DNA from: a virus
Lineage: Duplodnaviria > Caudoviricetes
DNA: 64,000 nucleotides
IMG/VR virus record: IMGVR_UViG_3300048861_000081
Location: 3,689 to 67,688 of that record
Reading direction: 5' to 3' (one strand)
A model generated the notes under the pieces. The model was not told the origin of the DNA. It saw only the letters and a program-made list of their open reading frames with translations, and searched no databases. Positions 34,052-44,118 of this stretch are shown here, piece by piece. A program made the translations under genes and the position numbers. Numbering within the stretch: the first letter of the stretch is position 1; the number at the start of each line of letters is the position of its first letter.

Positions 34052-35990
34052 CGAATGGGGCGCGCAGCACCGCATCTATCCGCCGACGACCGGCGTTCCT
34101 GGGCCGCGTAACCCGCGCCTTACGCCTTACATGATCCCGCTCGGCCGGGCCGCTGTTTCCGGCAGGTTCCGTCGCGTCGTCGGCGTTACCGCCGCGCAGT
34201 CAGGCAAGACCGAAACGATCCTCGACATCATCGGCGAGCGTCTCGATACGCGGCCGAAGCCGATCATCTATGTCGGCCCGTCGAAGGAGTTCAACACCGA
34301 CCAATTCGAGCCGCGCCTGATGGGCTTGCTCGATGAGGCGGCGACGCTCGCGCGCAAGGTCGTTCGTGGGCGCCGCATGAAGAAGACGTTGAAGATCGTC
34401 GCCGGCGTTCGCGTACGCCTTGCGCATGCCGGGTCATCGACCGCCCTGAAGTCTGATCCCGCCGCGCTGGCGCTCGTTGACGAGTACGACGAAATGAAGG
34501 CCAACATCAAAGGTCAGGGCGACCCGCTCGGTCTCGTCGAAGCACGCGGCGACACGCACGCCGATTTCGTCACGCTGATCGTCTCGACGCCGTCGTCCGG
34601 TTTTCTTGAAACCGAGATCGACCCGGTATCGGAGCTTGAATTCTTCAAGCTTGGCGACGAAGACGAAATCACAAGCCCGATTTGGCGGCTTTTTCAGGAA
34701 GGCACCCGGCATCATTTCGCCTGGGCCTGTCCGCATTGCGGCGAGTACTTCATTCCAATGATGAAGTATTTGCGCTGGCCGAAGGATGCGACGCCGGCGC
34801 AAGCGCGGCGATCTGCTTACGTTCAATGCCCTTATGGATGCGTCGACCCTATCCTCGACGAGCACAAAGAGCAAATGAACGAAACCGGCGTCATGATTGC
34901 GCCTGGCCAAACGATCGAAGACGCCTTCGCCGACCGGAACCTGCCGGACACGAACACCTATTCGCAATGGTCGTCCGGCCTTTGCTCGCCGTTCAAGACG
35001 TTCGGCGAGCGCGCCGAGCGCCTGGTCGAAGCCGAACAATCCGGCGAGATGGACAAGCGGCAGACCGCCGTCAACGCCGGTTTCGGCGAATTGTTCGCGC
35101 CGATCGGCGGCGACGTTCCAGAATGGGAAGCGATCAAGGCGCTCGCGCTGCCGTACAAGGAGCATGACATCCCTGACGGGGTCTTAGTCCTGACCTGCGG
35201 TGTCGACGTTCAGAAAAACCGCCTTGTTTATGTCGTCCGAGGATGGGGCGTCAGGCAGGAAAGCTGGCTGATCACGCGCGGCCAAATCTACGGCCCGACC
35301 GAAGAAGACGGCGTGTGGGTTGATCTTGCGGATATGCTTGCGACGAACTTCGGCGGGAAGCACATCATTCGGACGTTCATCGACGCTGGCTTCCGTCCGG
35401 GTAAGAAAGACATCGTCCCCGAACATCGGGTCTATGAATTCGCCCGGCGCCATAGCCGGACGGTCTACGCGACGAAAGGCTTCGATACGCGGCCGACGCC
35501 CCTGTCGGTCAATAAGATCGAAGTCAACCCGAAGGGCGGCGGCAAGACCAAGTACGGCTTGGACCTTGTCCGACTGTCAACCGACTTCTTCAAGTCATGG
35601 GTGCATGAGCGCATACGCTGGCCGGAAGGTCAGCCGGGCGGATGGCATCTCTTCGAAAATATCGAAGAAGACTTCTGCCGCCAGATCGTCTCGGAAGCGC
35701 GGGCGAAGAAGCCGGGCGGCGCGGGTTTTACCTGGGTCGTCAAGTCGAAGAACAACCACTTCCTTGACTGTGAGGCATTGGCGTATGCGGCGGCTTACAT
35801 GCTCGGTATCCAACGTGTCCGCGACGATACGCAGCCGCCGGCGGGAACGCCGAACCCGCCCGACAACCGAACAGAGCCCGAAAGCAGAGACGACGAGGGA
35901 TCGCCGCCAGCGCCGCCGCCAAGACCGGCGGTTGCGCGACGCGAAGGATATCTCGGAGGTCGACGACCGGGCGGATACTTAGGAGGATAG
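33951..35990 (+). CDS. Terminase large subunit, lambda GpA family
   Basis: AAQSGKTE Walker A, LVDEYD Walker B, CPHCGE, LTCGVDVQ nuclease motif, NHFLDC. Confidence 0.95.
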   Translation: MQASTGSRTPSSHLPNILERAATFLRVAEATTPDEWGAQHRIYPPTTGVPGPRNPRLTPYMIPLGRAAVSGRFRRVVGVTAAQSGKTETILDIIGERLDTRPKPIIYVGPSKEFNTDQFEPRLMGLLDEAATLARKVVRGRRMKKTLKIVAGVRVRLAHAGSSTALKSDPAALALVDEYDEMKANIKGQGDPLGLVEARGDTHADFVTLIVSTPSSGFLETEIDPVSELEFFKLGDEDEITSPIWRLFQEGTRHHFAWACPHCGEYFIPMMKYLRWPKDATPAQARRSAYVQCPYGCVDPILDEHKEQMNETGVMIAPGQTIEDAFADRNLPDTNTYSQWSSGLCSPFKTFGERAERLVEAEQSGEMDKRQTAVNAGFGELFAPIGGDVPEWEAIKALALPYKEHDIPDGVLVLTCGVDVQKNRLVYVVRGWGVRQESWLITRGQIYGPTEEDGVWVDLADMLATNFGGKHIIRTFIDAGFRPGKKDIVPEHRVYEFARRHSRTVYATKGFDTRPTPLSVNKIEVNPKGGGKTKYGLDLVRLSTDFFKSWVHERIRWPEGQPGGWHLFENIEEDFCRQIVSEARAKKPGGAGFTWVVKSKNNHFLDCEALAYAAAYMLGIQRVRDDTQPPAGTPNPPDNRTEPESRDDEGSPPAPPPRPAVARREGYLGGRRPGGYLGG

Positions 35991-35992
35991 GA

Positions 35993-36199
35993 ATGGCTTT
36001 GCCACCCGACATCGACGATGAGATCGCGGCCCTTCACGCGGCGATTTCATCCGGCGTCAAGCGCGTCGTGACGCAGACCAACGGCGTCCGAAAGGAGGTC
36101 GAGTACCCGTCCTTCGCTGACCTGAAGGCCCGTTATGACTGGCTCCTTCGTCAGAAGGCAGGGGCCGGTCGCCGCCGCATTACGCTCGCTTCATTTTAG
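35993..36199 (+). CDS. Head-tail joining protein gpW-like
   Basis: 68 aa between terL and portal; VEYPSFADLK. Confidence 0.8.
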   Translation: MALPPDIDDEIAALHAAISSGVKRVVTQTNGVRKEVEYPSFADLKARYDWLLRQKAGAGRRRITLASF

Positions 36200-36207
36200 G
36201 AGTTCCG

Positions 36208-37743
36208 ATGAAACCGAACCTGCTTGACCGGGCGATCGGATATTTTGCGCCCGGCGCAGCGGCTCGGCGGATCAAGAACCGGGCTGCCTTCGATATTCTC
36301 GCGCGGCACTATGACGGCGCCGATAAGGGCCGTCTCAACAATAGTTGGCGATCCAGTTCATCGTCGGCGAATACGGAAATTGATCGCGCCGGCCCTCTTC
36401 TTCGTAACCGCATGCGCGACCTCGTCCGCAACAACCCGCATGCAGCCAATGCCGTCGAAGTCCTTGTCAATCACGTCATCGGGTCCGGCATCATGCCGCG
36501 CGCGAATACTGGCAATCCGCGCAAGGACAAAAAGATCAACGATTTGTTCGAGAAATTCTCGAAGAAATGCGACGCGGACGGTCAGCTTGATTTTTACGGC
36601 CTGCAAACGCTCGCCTTCCGCGAAATGGTCGAAAGCGGGGACGGTGTCGTTCGCCGCCGCCGGCGCCGTCTGACGGACGGCCTGCCTGTCCCGGTTCAGT
36701 TTCAAGTCGTCGAAACGGACCTGATCGACGGCTATCGGCAAGGCCCGACGCTCGAAAATCGGTTCGCGATCCAGGGCATCGAATTCGATTTACTTGGCAA
36801 CCGCACAGCCTACTGGATGTTTTCGACCCACCCGGGCGAAACCTATGTCGGGGCCCCGCTCGATCTGGTTTCGAAGCCGATACCGGCATCGGAAATCGCG
36901 CATCTCTACAAGAAGGATCGGACGCAAGTCCGGGGCGTTCCGTGGGGGTCGGCAGTCCTGACGACGTTTCGCGACCTCGGGACGTATGAAGAAGCGGAAC
37001 TTCTTCGCAAGAAGCTCGAAAGCTGCATGGTCGGCGTCGTCGTCAACGGCGATGAAGGCGACAGCGCTCTCGGCTTGGCGCTTGCCGGCAATCCAAACGC
37101 TGCGCTTAATCGCCCCGGCGTCTACGACAGCCAGGGCGTCGCGGTTGAAGGCTTTGAACCGGGAATGTTCGTCCACCTTGAGGGCGGGAAGGACATCAAG
37201 TTCAATCAGCCGGCGGCGACGGGGTCGTACGAGGGATATAAGAAGGCAAGCCTGCACACGGTCGCGTCCGGCTTCCATATCCCTTACTTGCTTTTGTCGC
37301 ATGATCTTTCCGGCGCGAATTACGCGTCGTCAAAGATGGGGCTTGAGCCATTTAAGCGCCTGATCGAAGCGGTTCAGTGGAACTTCGTTATCCCGATGCT
37401 TTGTCAGCCGTTGTGGGACTGGTTTGCGGAAGCCGCTTTTCTCGGCGGCTTGGTCGACAGCGCGGACATTCCCGTCAAATGGGGAACGCCGCGTATGTAT
37501 TCGGCTGACCCTGAAAAGGACGCACGCGCGACGGTTCTGGAAATTCGTTCGGGTCTCAAGACCTTGCCGCAAGCGATCAGCGAGCGCGGCGAAGATCCTG
37601 ATACGCAACTCGACGAAATCCAAGCGTCCAACACGAAGCTCGATGATCGTAAGCTGATCCTTGATAGCGATCCGCGACGCATGTCGATCAACGGGCAGAC
37701 ACAAGTCCCGGCGGACGAGAAACCAACGCCGCCGGCCGATTAG
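36208..37743 (+). CDS. Portal protein, lambda family
   Basis: LRNRMRDLVRNNPHA, RGVPW, DLSGANYASS, DPEKDA. Confidence 0.95.
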   Translation: MKPNLLDRAIGYFAPGAAARRIKNRAAFDILARHYDGADKGRLNNSWRSSSSSANTEIDRAGPLLRNRMRDLVRNNPHAANAVEVLVNHVIGSGIMPRANTGNPRKDKKINDLFEKFSKKCDADGQLDFYGLQTLAFREMVESGDGVVRRRRRRLTDGLPVPVQFQVVETDLIDGYRQGPTLENRFAIQGIEFDLLGNRTAYWMFSTHPGETYVGAPLDLVSKPIPASEIAHLYKKDRTQVRGVPWGSAVLTTFRDLGTYEEAELLRKKLESCMVGVVVNGDEGDSALGLALAGNPNAALNRPGVYDSQGVAVEGFEPGMFVHLEGGKDIKFNQPAATGSYEGYKKASLHTVASGFHIPYLLLSHDLSGANYASSKMGLEPFKRLIEAVQWNFVIPMLCQPLWDWFAEAAFLGGLVDSADIPVKWGTPRMYSADPEKDARATVLEIRSGLKTLPQAISERGEDPDTQLDEIQASNTKLDDRKLILDSDPRRMSINGQTQVPADEKPTPPAD

Positions 37744-37772
37744 GGCCGCAGCCAAAAATAGGAGATTTCCCC

Positions 37773-38408
37773 ATGGCGGGAAAAGTTATCGAGCTCCCGC
37801 CATTCGGCCGGGACGTTGAAGTTCGCGCGTCGTCCTACCGCGAAGAAGACAATTCGATCGAGGTCATTTGGACGACCGGCGCGTCAGTGCGCCGGTATGA
37901 CTGGCGGTCCGGTTCCTACTATGACGAGGAACTTGTCGTCGCCCCAGGCAACGTCCGCCTTGACCGCTTGAATGCGGGGGCGCCGTTCCTTGATACCCAC
38001 GACGACTGGTCGCTTGCATCAGTCATCGGGTCGGTCATCCCTGGCACCGCAGAAGTTCGCGGCGGCAAAGGTTACGCCCGCGTTCAGCTTTCGGTAGCCC
38101 CGGAACACACCGGGATCGTCGCGAACATCCGCGCCGGCGTGATCTCGAACATCAGCGTCGGTTATCGCTACTACGAAGTCGAAAAGACCGAGGGCGAAGA
38201 AGGCACCATCGCCGTTTGGCGCGTCACGGATTGGGAGCCGCTCGAATTGTCGGCGGTCCCTGTCCCGGCTGATGCCGGATCGGTCATCCGATCCGAAGGC
38301 AAGGACAAGAACAACAAGCGCCTCGCCCCCTGCACGATCGTCGAAAAATTCAGCAATGCCGCCGCCGCTGTGGCGCGGATGCGGATGCTTTCGGCGGCCG
38401 GCCGCTAA
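37773..38408 (+). CDS. Prohead protease (HK97/U35-like)
   Basis: APFLDTH, ISVGY, WEPLELSAVPVPAD. Confidence 0.88.
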   Translation: MAGKVIELPPFGRDVEVRASSYREEDNSIEVIWTTGASVRRYDWRSGSYYDEELVVAPGNVRLDRLNAGAPFLDTHDDWSLASVIGSVIPGTAEVRGGKGYARVQLSVAPEHTGIVANIRAGVISNISVGYRYYEVEKTEGEEGTIAVWRVTDWEPLELSAVPVPADAGSVIRSEGKDKNNKRLAPCTIVEKFSNAAAAVARMRMLSAAGR

Positions 38409-38491
38409 CCCATCACCACTACCGCCTGTGCCATTCGGGGCCGCAGGGAGACGGTCAGTTGCCCCGAGAACAACCCACCGGAGAACGGTTT

Positions 38492-40243
38492 ATGATAAAG
38501 AAGACCTCCTTCCTGGCGGTAGCCTGCACGATGGCCGTCGCCCTGATCGCTTGCCTCGGTTTTGCATCCGAAGCATTTGCGGCAGTACCGCACATGACGC
38601 CCCATGGCATCGGCACCGTGGCTGACGTCCTCATCAACCATGCCCATCTCGCCGCCATCCCGCTCGCGACGATGCGCTCGAACCTTTCCGACCTGACAAA
38701 GCGGGCCGCCGACAAGCGGGCCGAAGTCAGGGCCGGTTTGAGCGACGAAGAACTGCGCAAGATCGAAGACGACCACGCTGAACTTGTGCGTCAGATCGAC
38801 AAGCTGAAGGAAGACATCGTTACCGAAGAGCGCCGCGAGGCTGACGCTTTGCGCAACAACACGTCGCTTACCCCGGCGGCTGGCGCTTCTGCTGAAGAGA
38901 TCCGCACCGCTGCGGAAACCGCAGTCCGCGCGGAACGCAACCGCACCGCGACGATCCGCTCGCTTGCTGAAAAGGCCGGCGCGCGCGAACTCGGCGAAAC
39001 GCATGCGGGGCAGGACACTTCGGTCGAAGCATTCCGCTCGCTGCTTCTCGACCACCTCGTAACTGAAGAAGGAGCGCGCGGCTTGCAGACGTCCCACATC
39101 CCCGCCCGCGTCGGCGAAAGCGATCAGGAGAAGCGTGCTGCCGCGATCGAAACGGCGCTTTTGCATCGCCATGCTCCCGACCGCTATGAGCTGACGAACG
39201 AAGCCCGCAATTTCCGTGGCATGTCGCTGCTCGAAATCGCCCGCGACGTTCTGGAAGCGCGCGGCATCAGCACTCGGGGCGTTGCCAAAATGGAACTGGC
39301 CCGCATGGCGCTTGAACAGCGTTCGGGCGGCCTGATGGCAACCGGCGACTTCCCGCTCATCCTGGCGAATGTGGTCAACAAGACGCTGCGCGCTGGCTAT
39401 GCTGTCATGCCGCAGACCTTCCGCCCGCTTATCCGCACCGCGTCCGTTCCCGACTTCAAACCGGTCAGCCGCGTTCAGCTTGGCGAAGCGCCGCAATTCG
39501 AGAAGGTCAACGAACACGGCGAGTTCAAGCGCGGTTCGATGAAGGAAGGCGCGGAAAGCTACGCCGTAGCCACGTACGGCAAGGTCGTCGGCATCACGCG
39601 CCAGGTCATCATCAATGATGACTTGAACGCGTTCTCGCGCATCCCGGCATCCTTCGGCGTTCAGGCAGCGCAGCTTGAAAGCGATCTCGTGTGGGGCATC
39701 ATCCTCGTCAACGCCGCCATGGGCGACGGCGTTGCGTTGTTCCATGCAACCCACAAAAACCTTGCTGCTTCGGGTGGCGCCATCTCGGTTTCGACGGTTT
39801 CTGACGGTCGTACGGCGATGGCGAAGCAGACCGGCCTTGATGGCAAGACCGTTCTCGGCCTGATGCCGTCGTACATGGTTGTTCCGGTCGCCTTGCAGAC
39901 CGTCGCCGAGCAGTTCCGAGGCCAGATTTATCCGGCCAAGAATGTCGACGCTGTGCCGGATAGTCTGAAGACCCTCGGCATCATTGCCGAGCCGCGTCTT
40001 GACAGTGGCGTCCACAATGCCGGTATCGGTATCGATGTGGCCGGTTCTGCGACCGCTTGGTATCTCGCGGGCAATCCGGGCATCGTCGATCTGATCGAGC
40101 TTGCCTATCTCGACGGCAACGAGGGCGTCTACACCGAAACCCGCACCGGCTTCGATGTCGACGGCGTTGAAGTCAAGGTCCGTATGGACGTTGGTGCGAA
40201 GGCGCTCGACTGGCGCAACGTCTACAAGAACGCCGGCGCCTGA
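38492..40243 (+). CDS. Major capsid protein with N-terminal scaffold and signal-peptide-like extension
   Basis: TGDFPLILANVVNK, VPDFK, TYGKVVGITRQVIINDDL, IELAYLDG, FDVDGVEVKVRMD; GGAGA RBS before ATG 38492. Confidence 0.9.
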   Translation: MIKKTSFLAVACTMAVALIACLGFASEAFAAVPHMTPHGIGTVADVLINHAHLAAIPLATMRSNLSDLTKRAADKRAEVRAGLSDEELRKIEDDHAELVRQIDKLKEDIVTEERREADALRNNTSLTPAAGASAEEIRTAAETAVRAERNRTATIRSLAEKAGARELGETHAGQDTSVEAFRSLLLDHLVTEEGARGLQTSHIPARVGESDQEKRAAAIETALLHRHAPDRYELTNEARNFRGMSLLEIARDVLEARGISTRGVAKMELARMALEQRSGGLMATGDFPLILANVVNKTLRAGYAVMPQTFRPLIRTASVPDFKPVSRVQLGEAPQFEKVNEHGEFKRGSMKEGAESYAVATYGKVVGITRQVIINDDLNAFSRIPASFGVQAAQLESDLVWGIILVNAAMGDGVALFHATHKNLAASGGAISVSTVSDGRTAMAKQTGLDGKTVLGLMPSYMVVPVALQTVAEQFRGQIYPAKNVDAVPDSLKTLGIIAEPRLDSGVHNAGIGIDVAGSATAWYLAGNPGIVDLIELAYLDGNEGVYTETRTGFDVDGVEVKVRMDVGAKALDWRNVYKNAGA

Positions 40244-40270
40244 TCGTCTGATCTGACGTAAGCGGAGATT

Positions 40271-40302
40271 AAAGGCCGGTCGAGGGACCGGCCTTTTCTT
40301 TT
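40271..40302 (+). terminator. Intrinsic terminator after capsid gene
   Basis: AAAGGCCGGTC-GAGG-GACCGGCCTTT followed by T-rich tract. Confidence 0.85.
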
Positions 40303-40341
40303 GCCCCTCAACTTCCCTTCAACGAACTGCGGAGCGCAGAC

Positions 40342-40674
40342 ATGAAGAATTTCGTTCAGCCAGGGGATATCGTCACTGTGACGGCCCCCTACGATGTCAA
40401 TTCCGGCGACGGCCTGAAGGTCGGCTCGCTTGTAGGCATCGCCACCAACAAGGCTCTTTCCGGCTCCCTCGCCGAAGCCAAGCTTTGCGGCGTCCATGAC
40501 GTCACGAAGGCAGCCGGCGCGGCATGGGCCGAAGGCGCCATCATCTATTGGGATGACACCGCCAAGAACTTCACGACGACCGCGACCAGCAATACGAAGG
40601 TCGGCGTCGCTGTCCTTCCGGCCGCCGCGTCCGCCGACGTGATCGGCCGCGTCCGTCTCAACGGGAGCTTCTGA
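40342..40674 (+). CDS. DUF2190-family capsid cement/decoration protein
   Basis: MKNFVQPGDIVTVTAPYDVNSGD...GAIIYWD. Confidence 0.88.
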   Translation: MKNFVQPGDIVTVTAPYDVNSGDGLKVGSLVGIATNKALSGSLAEAKLCGVHDVTKAAGAAWAEGAIIYWDDTAKNFTTTATSNTKVGVAVLPAAASADVIGRVRLNGSF

Positions 40675-40675
40675 A

Positions 40676-41089
40676 ATGACTAACTGGCAACGCCTCGACG
40701 CCATCGCCGGCGCAGCGGTCAACAGCGTGTTTTCGGAACAAGTCCGCATCACGCCTCGAACCGCCGCAAGCGAGTATCTCGCGGCGTTGCCAGACCCCGA
40801 CCGCGCCGTCGTAGTGGTCAAAGCTGTCTTCGCGCTCGGCCCTGAGATCGACGATCTTCGCGGCTCGCGCCTGTCCGGCGAAACTCGCGGCGTTGCCCGC
40901 GCGGTCTTTGCCGATGCATCCATTCAAATCACATCGGCGATAGCCGCAACCATCGGGTACGAGCCGAAAAAAGGCGATCTCATTGAATTGATCGAGCGCC
41001 CCGGTTCACCGTCCTACTGCATTGAACACGTCGATCCGCTGGATTGCGACGACCTTGTCGTCTGGCTGACGAAGGAGAAGCAACATTGA
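40676..41089 (+). CDS. Head-tail connector/closure protein
   Basis: Position; PKKGDLIEL...YCIEHVDP pattern. Confidence 0.6.
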   Translation: MTNWQRLDAIAGAAVNSVFSEQVRITPRTAASEYLAALPDPDRAVVVVKAVFALGPEIDDLRGSRLSGETRGVARAVFADASIQITSAIAATIGYEPKKGDLIELIERPGSPSYCIEHVDPLDCDDLVVWLTKEKQH

Positions 41090-41886
41090 TCGTTCCGCTC
41101 GCACTTCGGGTGTCCGCCTGCCGCGCGCTTGATGGCGCGACGATCGCCGGGGCGGCCGTGCATGACAGCGCGATTACCGCGCTTGACGAAATGGTCAGCG
41201 GTCAGCCGCAGCCGTTTATCGTCGTATCTGTCGACGAGCAAACCTACAACGTGACAGTGCTTGACGTCTTCCAGGGCAGCCGAAGCGTCGATCTCGTCAT
41301 CGATATCGCTGTCGGTTCGGCGGTCACGTTGGAAGACGGAACCACAGGCATTGTCATTCCGCATACGGACGCGGGGACGGAATTTTCCGTCAACCTGATC
41401 ACGCGTCAGGTCATGAAGACGCTATTCGAGCCGAATAGCGGCGGCGATTGGGGGAAGATATTCCGCCGGATCGCAATGTCGGTTTCTCGGATCATGGTCC
41501 GGCGCGGCGCCGGCGCTCAGAAAGGTGTCAAGTTCGCGGCGGCGCAGCTTATCATTTCGCTTTCGCCGCTCGCCGACCCCGAATTCGGGTCGGCACCCGC
41601 GTTCGTTTGGGCCGACTTCCTCACGGTCATGAGAGCGGATGTGAAGATCGGGCCGCTCGCTGAAGCCGTCGAAAAGGCGATCGTCGGCGACGTTCTGCCG
41701 GACTGGCGCCTGCTTGCTTCTGCGGTCGGCTTGAATGATGAAACAGCCGACGCGATCGGCATTCTTCCGCTCGGGGGCGGTGACAGCCAGCCAGTCTCGC
41801 AGGCGATCGTCCTTCCTGACGGTTGGGTTCTCGATCAAAACGCAGTCGACGAGAACCTGCCGGGAGCCCCGGAGGAAGGCGGATGA
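41086..41886 (+). CDS. Putative tail terminator/completion protein
   Basis: AAGGAG RBS, TTG start overlapping upstream stop; position before the spike gene. Confidence 0.55.
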   Translation: MIVPLALRVSACRALDGATIAGAAVHDSAITALDEMVSGQPQPFIVVSVDEQTYNVTVLDVFQGSRSVDLVIDIAVGSAVTLEDGTTGIVIPHTDAGTEFSVNLITRQVMKTLFEPNSGGDWGKIFRRIAMSVSRIMVRRGAGAQKGVKFAAAQLIISLSPLADPEFGSAPAFVWADFLTVMRADVKIGPLAEAVEKAIVGDVLPDWRLLASAVGLNDETADAIGILPLGGGDSQPVSQAIVLPDGWVLDQNAVDENLPGAPEEGG

Positions 41887-42458
41887 TCAACGAATTTGTC
41901 TCGCTATTTCGTCGCGTCAGCGCGCTTGAAAAGCGCGTTTCTTCAATGGTCCGCCACGGACCCGTCGAAGAAGTAAACGCTTCTGAAGGATGGGTCCGCA
42001 TCAACCTCGGGCAAGGCGACGACGGCCCGCTTCTGTCGCCGAAAATACCCTATGCGCAGATGGCCGGCGCGCTGAAGGTTCATGCCCCGCCAAGCGAGGG
42101 GCAGAACATGACCATCATTTCGCCCGCCGGCGACATGCGGCAGGCTTTCGCGCTGCCGATGACATGGAGCGACCAGAACGTAAGCCCGAGCAATAGCACG
42201 GATGAAAATGTTCTGACGTTCGGGAGCGTCCGCATCGAGGTCAAGGGCGACCAGATCAAGGCGATGATTGGCGGGTTTTCGCTGACGCTGACGACTAGCG
42301 CCGCGACTTTCGCGGTCGACGGCGTCGAACACAAGATCTCGGGCGATGGCTTACGGACGACCGGCGGTGCAATCGAGCATAACGATCATGACATCGGCTC
42401 GACCCACAAGCATGGCGGGGTTGTGCACGGCGGCGAACTGACAGACCCGCCCGTCTAA
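41883..42458 (+). CDS. Baseplate central spike gpV-like
   Basis: OB-fold VRHGPVEEV...PPSEGQNMTIISPAGD; C-terminal THKHGGV metal-binding tip. Confidence 0.9.
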   Translation: MINEFVSLFRRVSALEKRVSSMVRHGPVEEVNASEGWVRINLGQGDDGPLLSPKIPYAQMAGALKVHAPPSEGQNMTIISPAGDMRQAFALPMTWSDQNVSPSNSTDENVLTFGSVRIEVKGDQIKAMIGGFSLTLTTSAATFAVDGVEHKISGDGLRTTGGAIEHNDHDIGSTHKHGGVVHGGELTDPPV

Positions 42459-42479
42459 ACATCGAAAGGAAGTGATCAA

Positions 42480-42851
42480 ATGCGAACGCTGCAAGACATC
42501 TTGCAGGCGCGACTTGCGTCTGACCCCCGGCTGCATATCGGCGCCATAGAGAAGACGAAGGCCGGCGATCTGCGTATCGCCTTCGGCGGGATCGGCGATC
42601 ATTGCCGCGTTGTCCTGGCTGTGACCGGCAATGACGTTGCAATCGTCACGCCGGAAGTCGCCGGCGTCCCGATCCAAGCCGGCGATGAACCGGACGCGCC
42701 GATATACGAACTCCCGATCGACCCGACTGATCACACGAAAGATGTCTTGATCCAGATCGCGGCCGAGCGCGGCGTCGGCGCCGTGCCGAGTGACACGAAG
42801 GCGGAAATAGCCGAAGCCATCAACTCCAATGCGGGCTTCGCCGCAGAATAG
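42480..42851 (+). CDS. Hypothetical protein with C-terminal HeH/LEM-like motif
   Basis: TKDVLIQIAAERGV...DTKAEIAEAI. Confidence 0.6.
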   Translation: MRTLQDILQARLASDPRLHIGAIEKTKAGDLRIAFGGIGDHCRVVLAVTGNDVAIVTPEVAGVPIQAGDEPDAPIYELPIDPTDHTKDVLIQIAAERGVGAVPSDTKAEIAEAINSNAGFAAE

Positions 42852-42862
42852 GGCGGCGTCAA

Positions 42863-43273
42863 ATGGCGGTCGATCCGAGCATCGATATGGACGTTCAGAC
42901 AGGGGCCGACGTTTCAGGCTGGCCCCATGTCCTGAACTGCATCCAGGACTTCTTTACGACCAATTTCGGCGAGCGCGTGATGCGCGAATGGTACGGGACA
43001 GCCGTCCCGCGCTTCCTCGGCGAAAACATGAATACGCAGACGATAGTCCCGTTCTTCGCCGCGATCGCGAGCGCGATTGAGCAGTGGGAACCGCGTTTCC
43101 GACTGACGCGGGTCACGCCGCAAAGCGTCGGCCGCGACGGGCGGCTCGTCGTCGTCATGGAAGGCGAGTATCGCCCGCGCGCCCTTCTTGGTGACTTCAC
43201 GCCGGAAGGCGCGCGTCGCGTAACGATATCAGGCGGCAGCGGGTCCGCGACAGAGGTTACAAATGGCAACTGA
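42863..43273 (+). CDS. Baseplate wedge gpW/gp25-like
   Basis: HVLNCIQDFFTTNFGERVMREWYG...AIEQWEPRFRL. Confidence 0.88.
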   Translation: MAVDPSIDMDVQTGADVSGWPHVLNCIQDFFTTNFGERVMREWYGTAVPRFLGENMNTQTIVPFFAAIASAIEQWEPRFRLTRVTPQSVGRDGRLVVVMEGEYRPRALLGDFTPEGARRVTISGGSGSATEVTNGN

Positions 43274-44117
43274 CCCTTTCCTTGCGGGATTGCCGGACCC
43301 CACGGTCATTGAGGAAGTCGATTTCACATCGATCCTCGCGGACATGGAGACGGACATAATCGGGCGTTATCCGCCGGTTGCCCCCGTCTTGGCGCTGGAA
43401 AGCAGCGCAACCAAGAAGAACCTTGAGACCGTTTCCTATCGCGAGACGATCATCCGCGCGCGCGTCAACGACGCGGCTCGCGCGAACCTTGTCGCTTTCG
43501 CTGAGAAGGGGGATCTTGACCATGTCGGCGCCAATGCCAGCCCGCCCGTTCAGCGCATGGCCGGGGAAGGCGACGAGCGCTTCCGGGTTCGCATTCTGCT
43601 TGCCGTCAGGTCCCGCAACGTCGGGTCCGTCTATCGTTACAGATTTGTAGCGCTTTCGACGTCGCTTCTAGTCAAAGACGCTATCGCTTACCGCGTCGGC
43701 CGCGATCCGACCGTCTATGTCGCTTTGCTTTCAACGGCTCCTGACGGCGTCGCAGAGCCAAGCCTGATCGCGCAGGTTCAGGCGCAATTCGACATCGACG
43801 AAAACCGACTTCTGAACAGCCCTGTCGTTGTTGTCTCGGCCGTTTCTAGCGTCGTCAACATCGTTGCCGCGCTGACGCTGATCCCCGGAACGCCGACGAC
43901 CATCATCGCCAACGCCGAGGCGGCATTGCGGGCCGCCTGGGCGATCGAAGGCGGGCTCGGCCGGGACATGACACGTCAGTGGATCGCCTCGCGCCTGCAA
44001 GTCGCCGGCGTCTACTCGGTCAATGTGACCTCGCCGGCGGAAGACGTAATCAAGCCGTCCGAAAAGGCGGCGTCTATCGGGACGGTAACGCTGACCGTCG
44101 TCGGGGAGAACACTTAA
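43263..44117 (+). CDS. Baseplate J-like protein
   Basis: PTVIEEVDF, FAEKGDLDH, GEGDERFRVRI. Confidence 0.9.
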   Translation: MATDPFLAGLPDPTVIEEVDFTSILADMETDIIGRYPPVAPVLALESSATKKNLETVSYRETIIRARVNDAARANLVAFAEKGDLDHVGANASPPVQRMAGEGDERFRVRILLAVRSRNVGSVYRYRFVALSTSLLVKDAIAYRVGRDPTVYVALLSTAPDGVAEPSLIAQVQAQFDIDENRLLNSPVVVVSAVSSVVNIVAALTLIPGTPTTIIANAEAALRAAWAIEGGLGRDMTRQWIASRLQVAGVYSVNVTSPAEDVIKPSEKAASIGTVTLTVVGENT

Positions 44118-44118
44118 A

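Noticed and set aside
38273-38491. Capsid reading frame stays open 219 nt upstream into the protease gene, suggesting a protease-capsid frameshift fusion
   Set aside because: No X XXY YYZ heptamer in the overlap (best is A AAA TTC); the extension reads like a shadow frame; the capsid gene has its own RBS
38405-40015. 536-aa minus-strand ORF and many similar long antisense ORFs (e.g. 17177-18259, 62587-63621)
   Set aside because: Shadows of real high-GC genes on the opposite strand; no motifs or RBS
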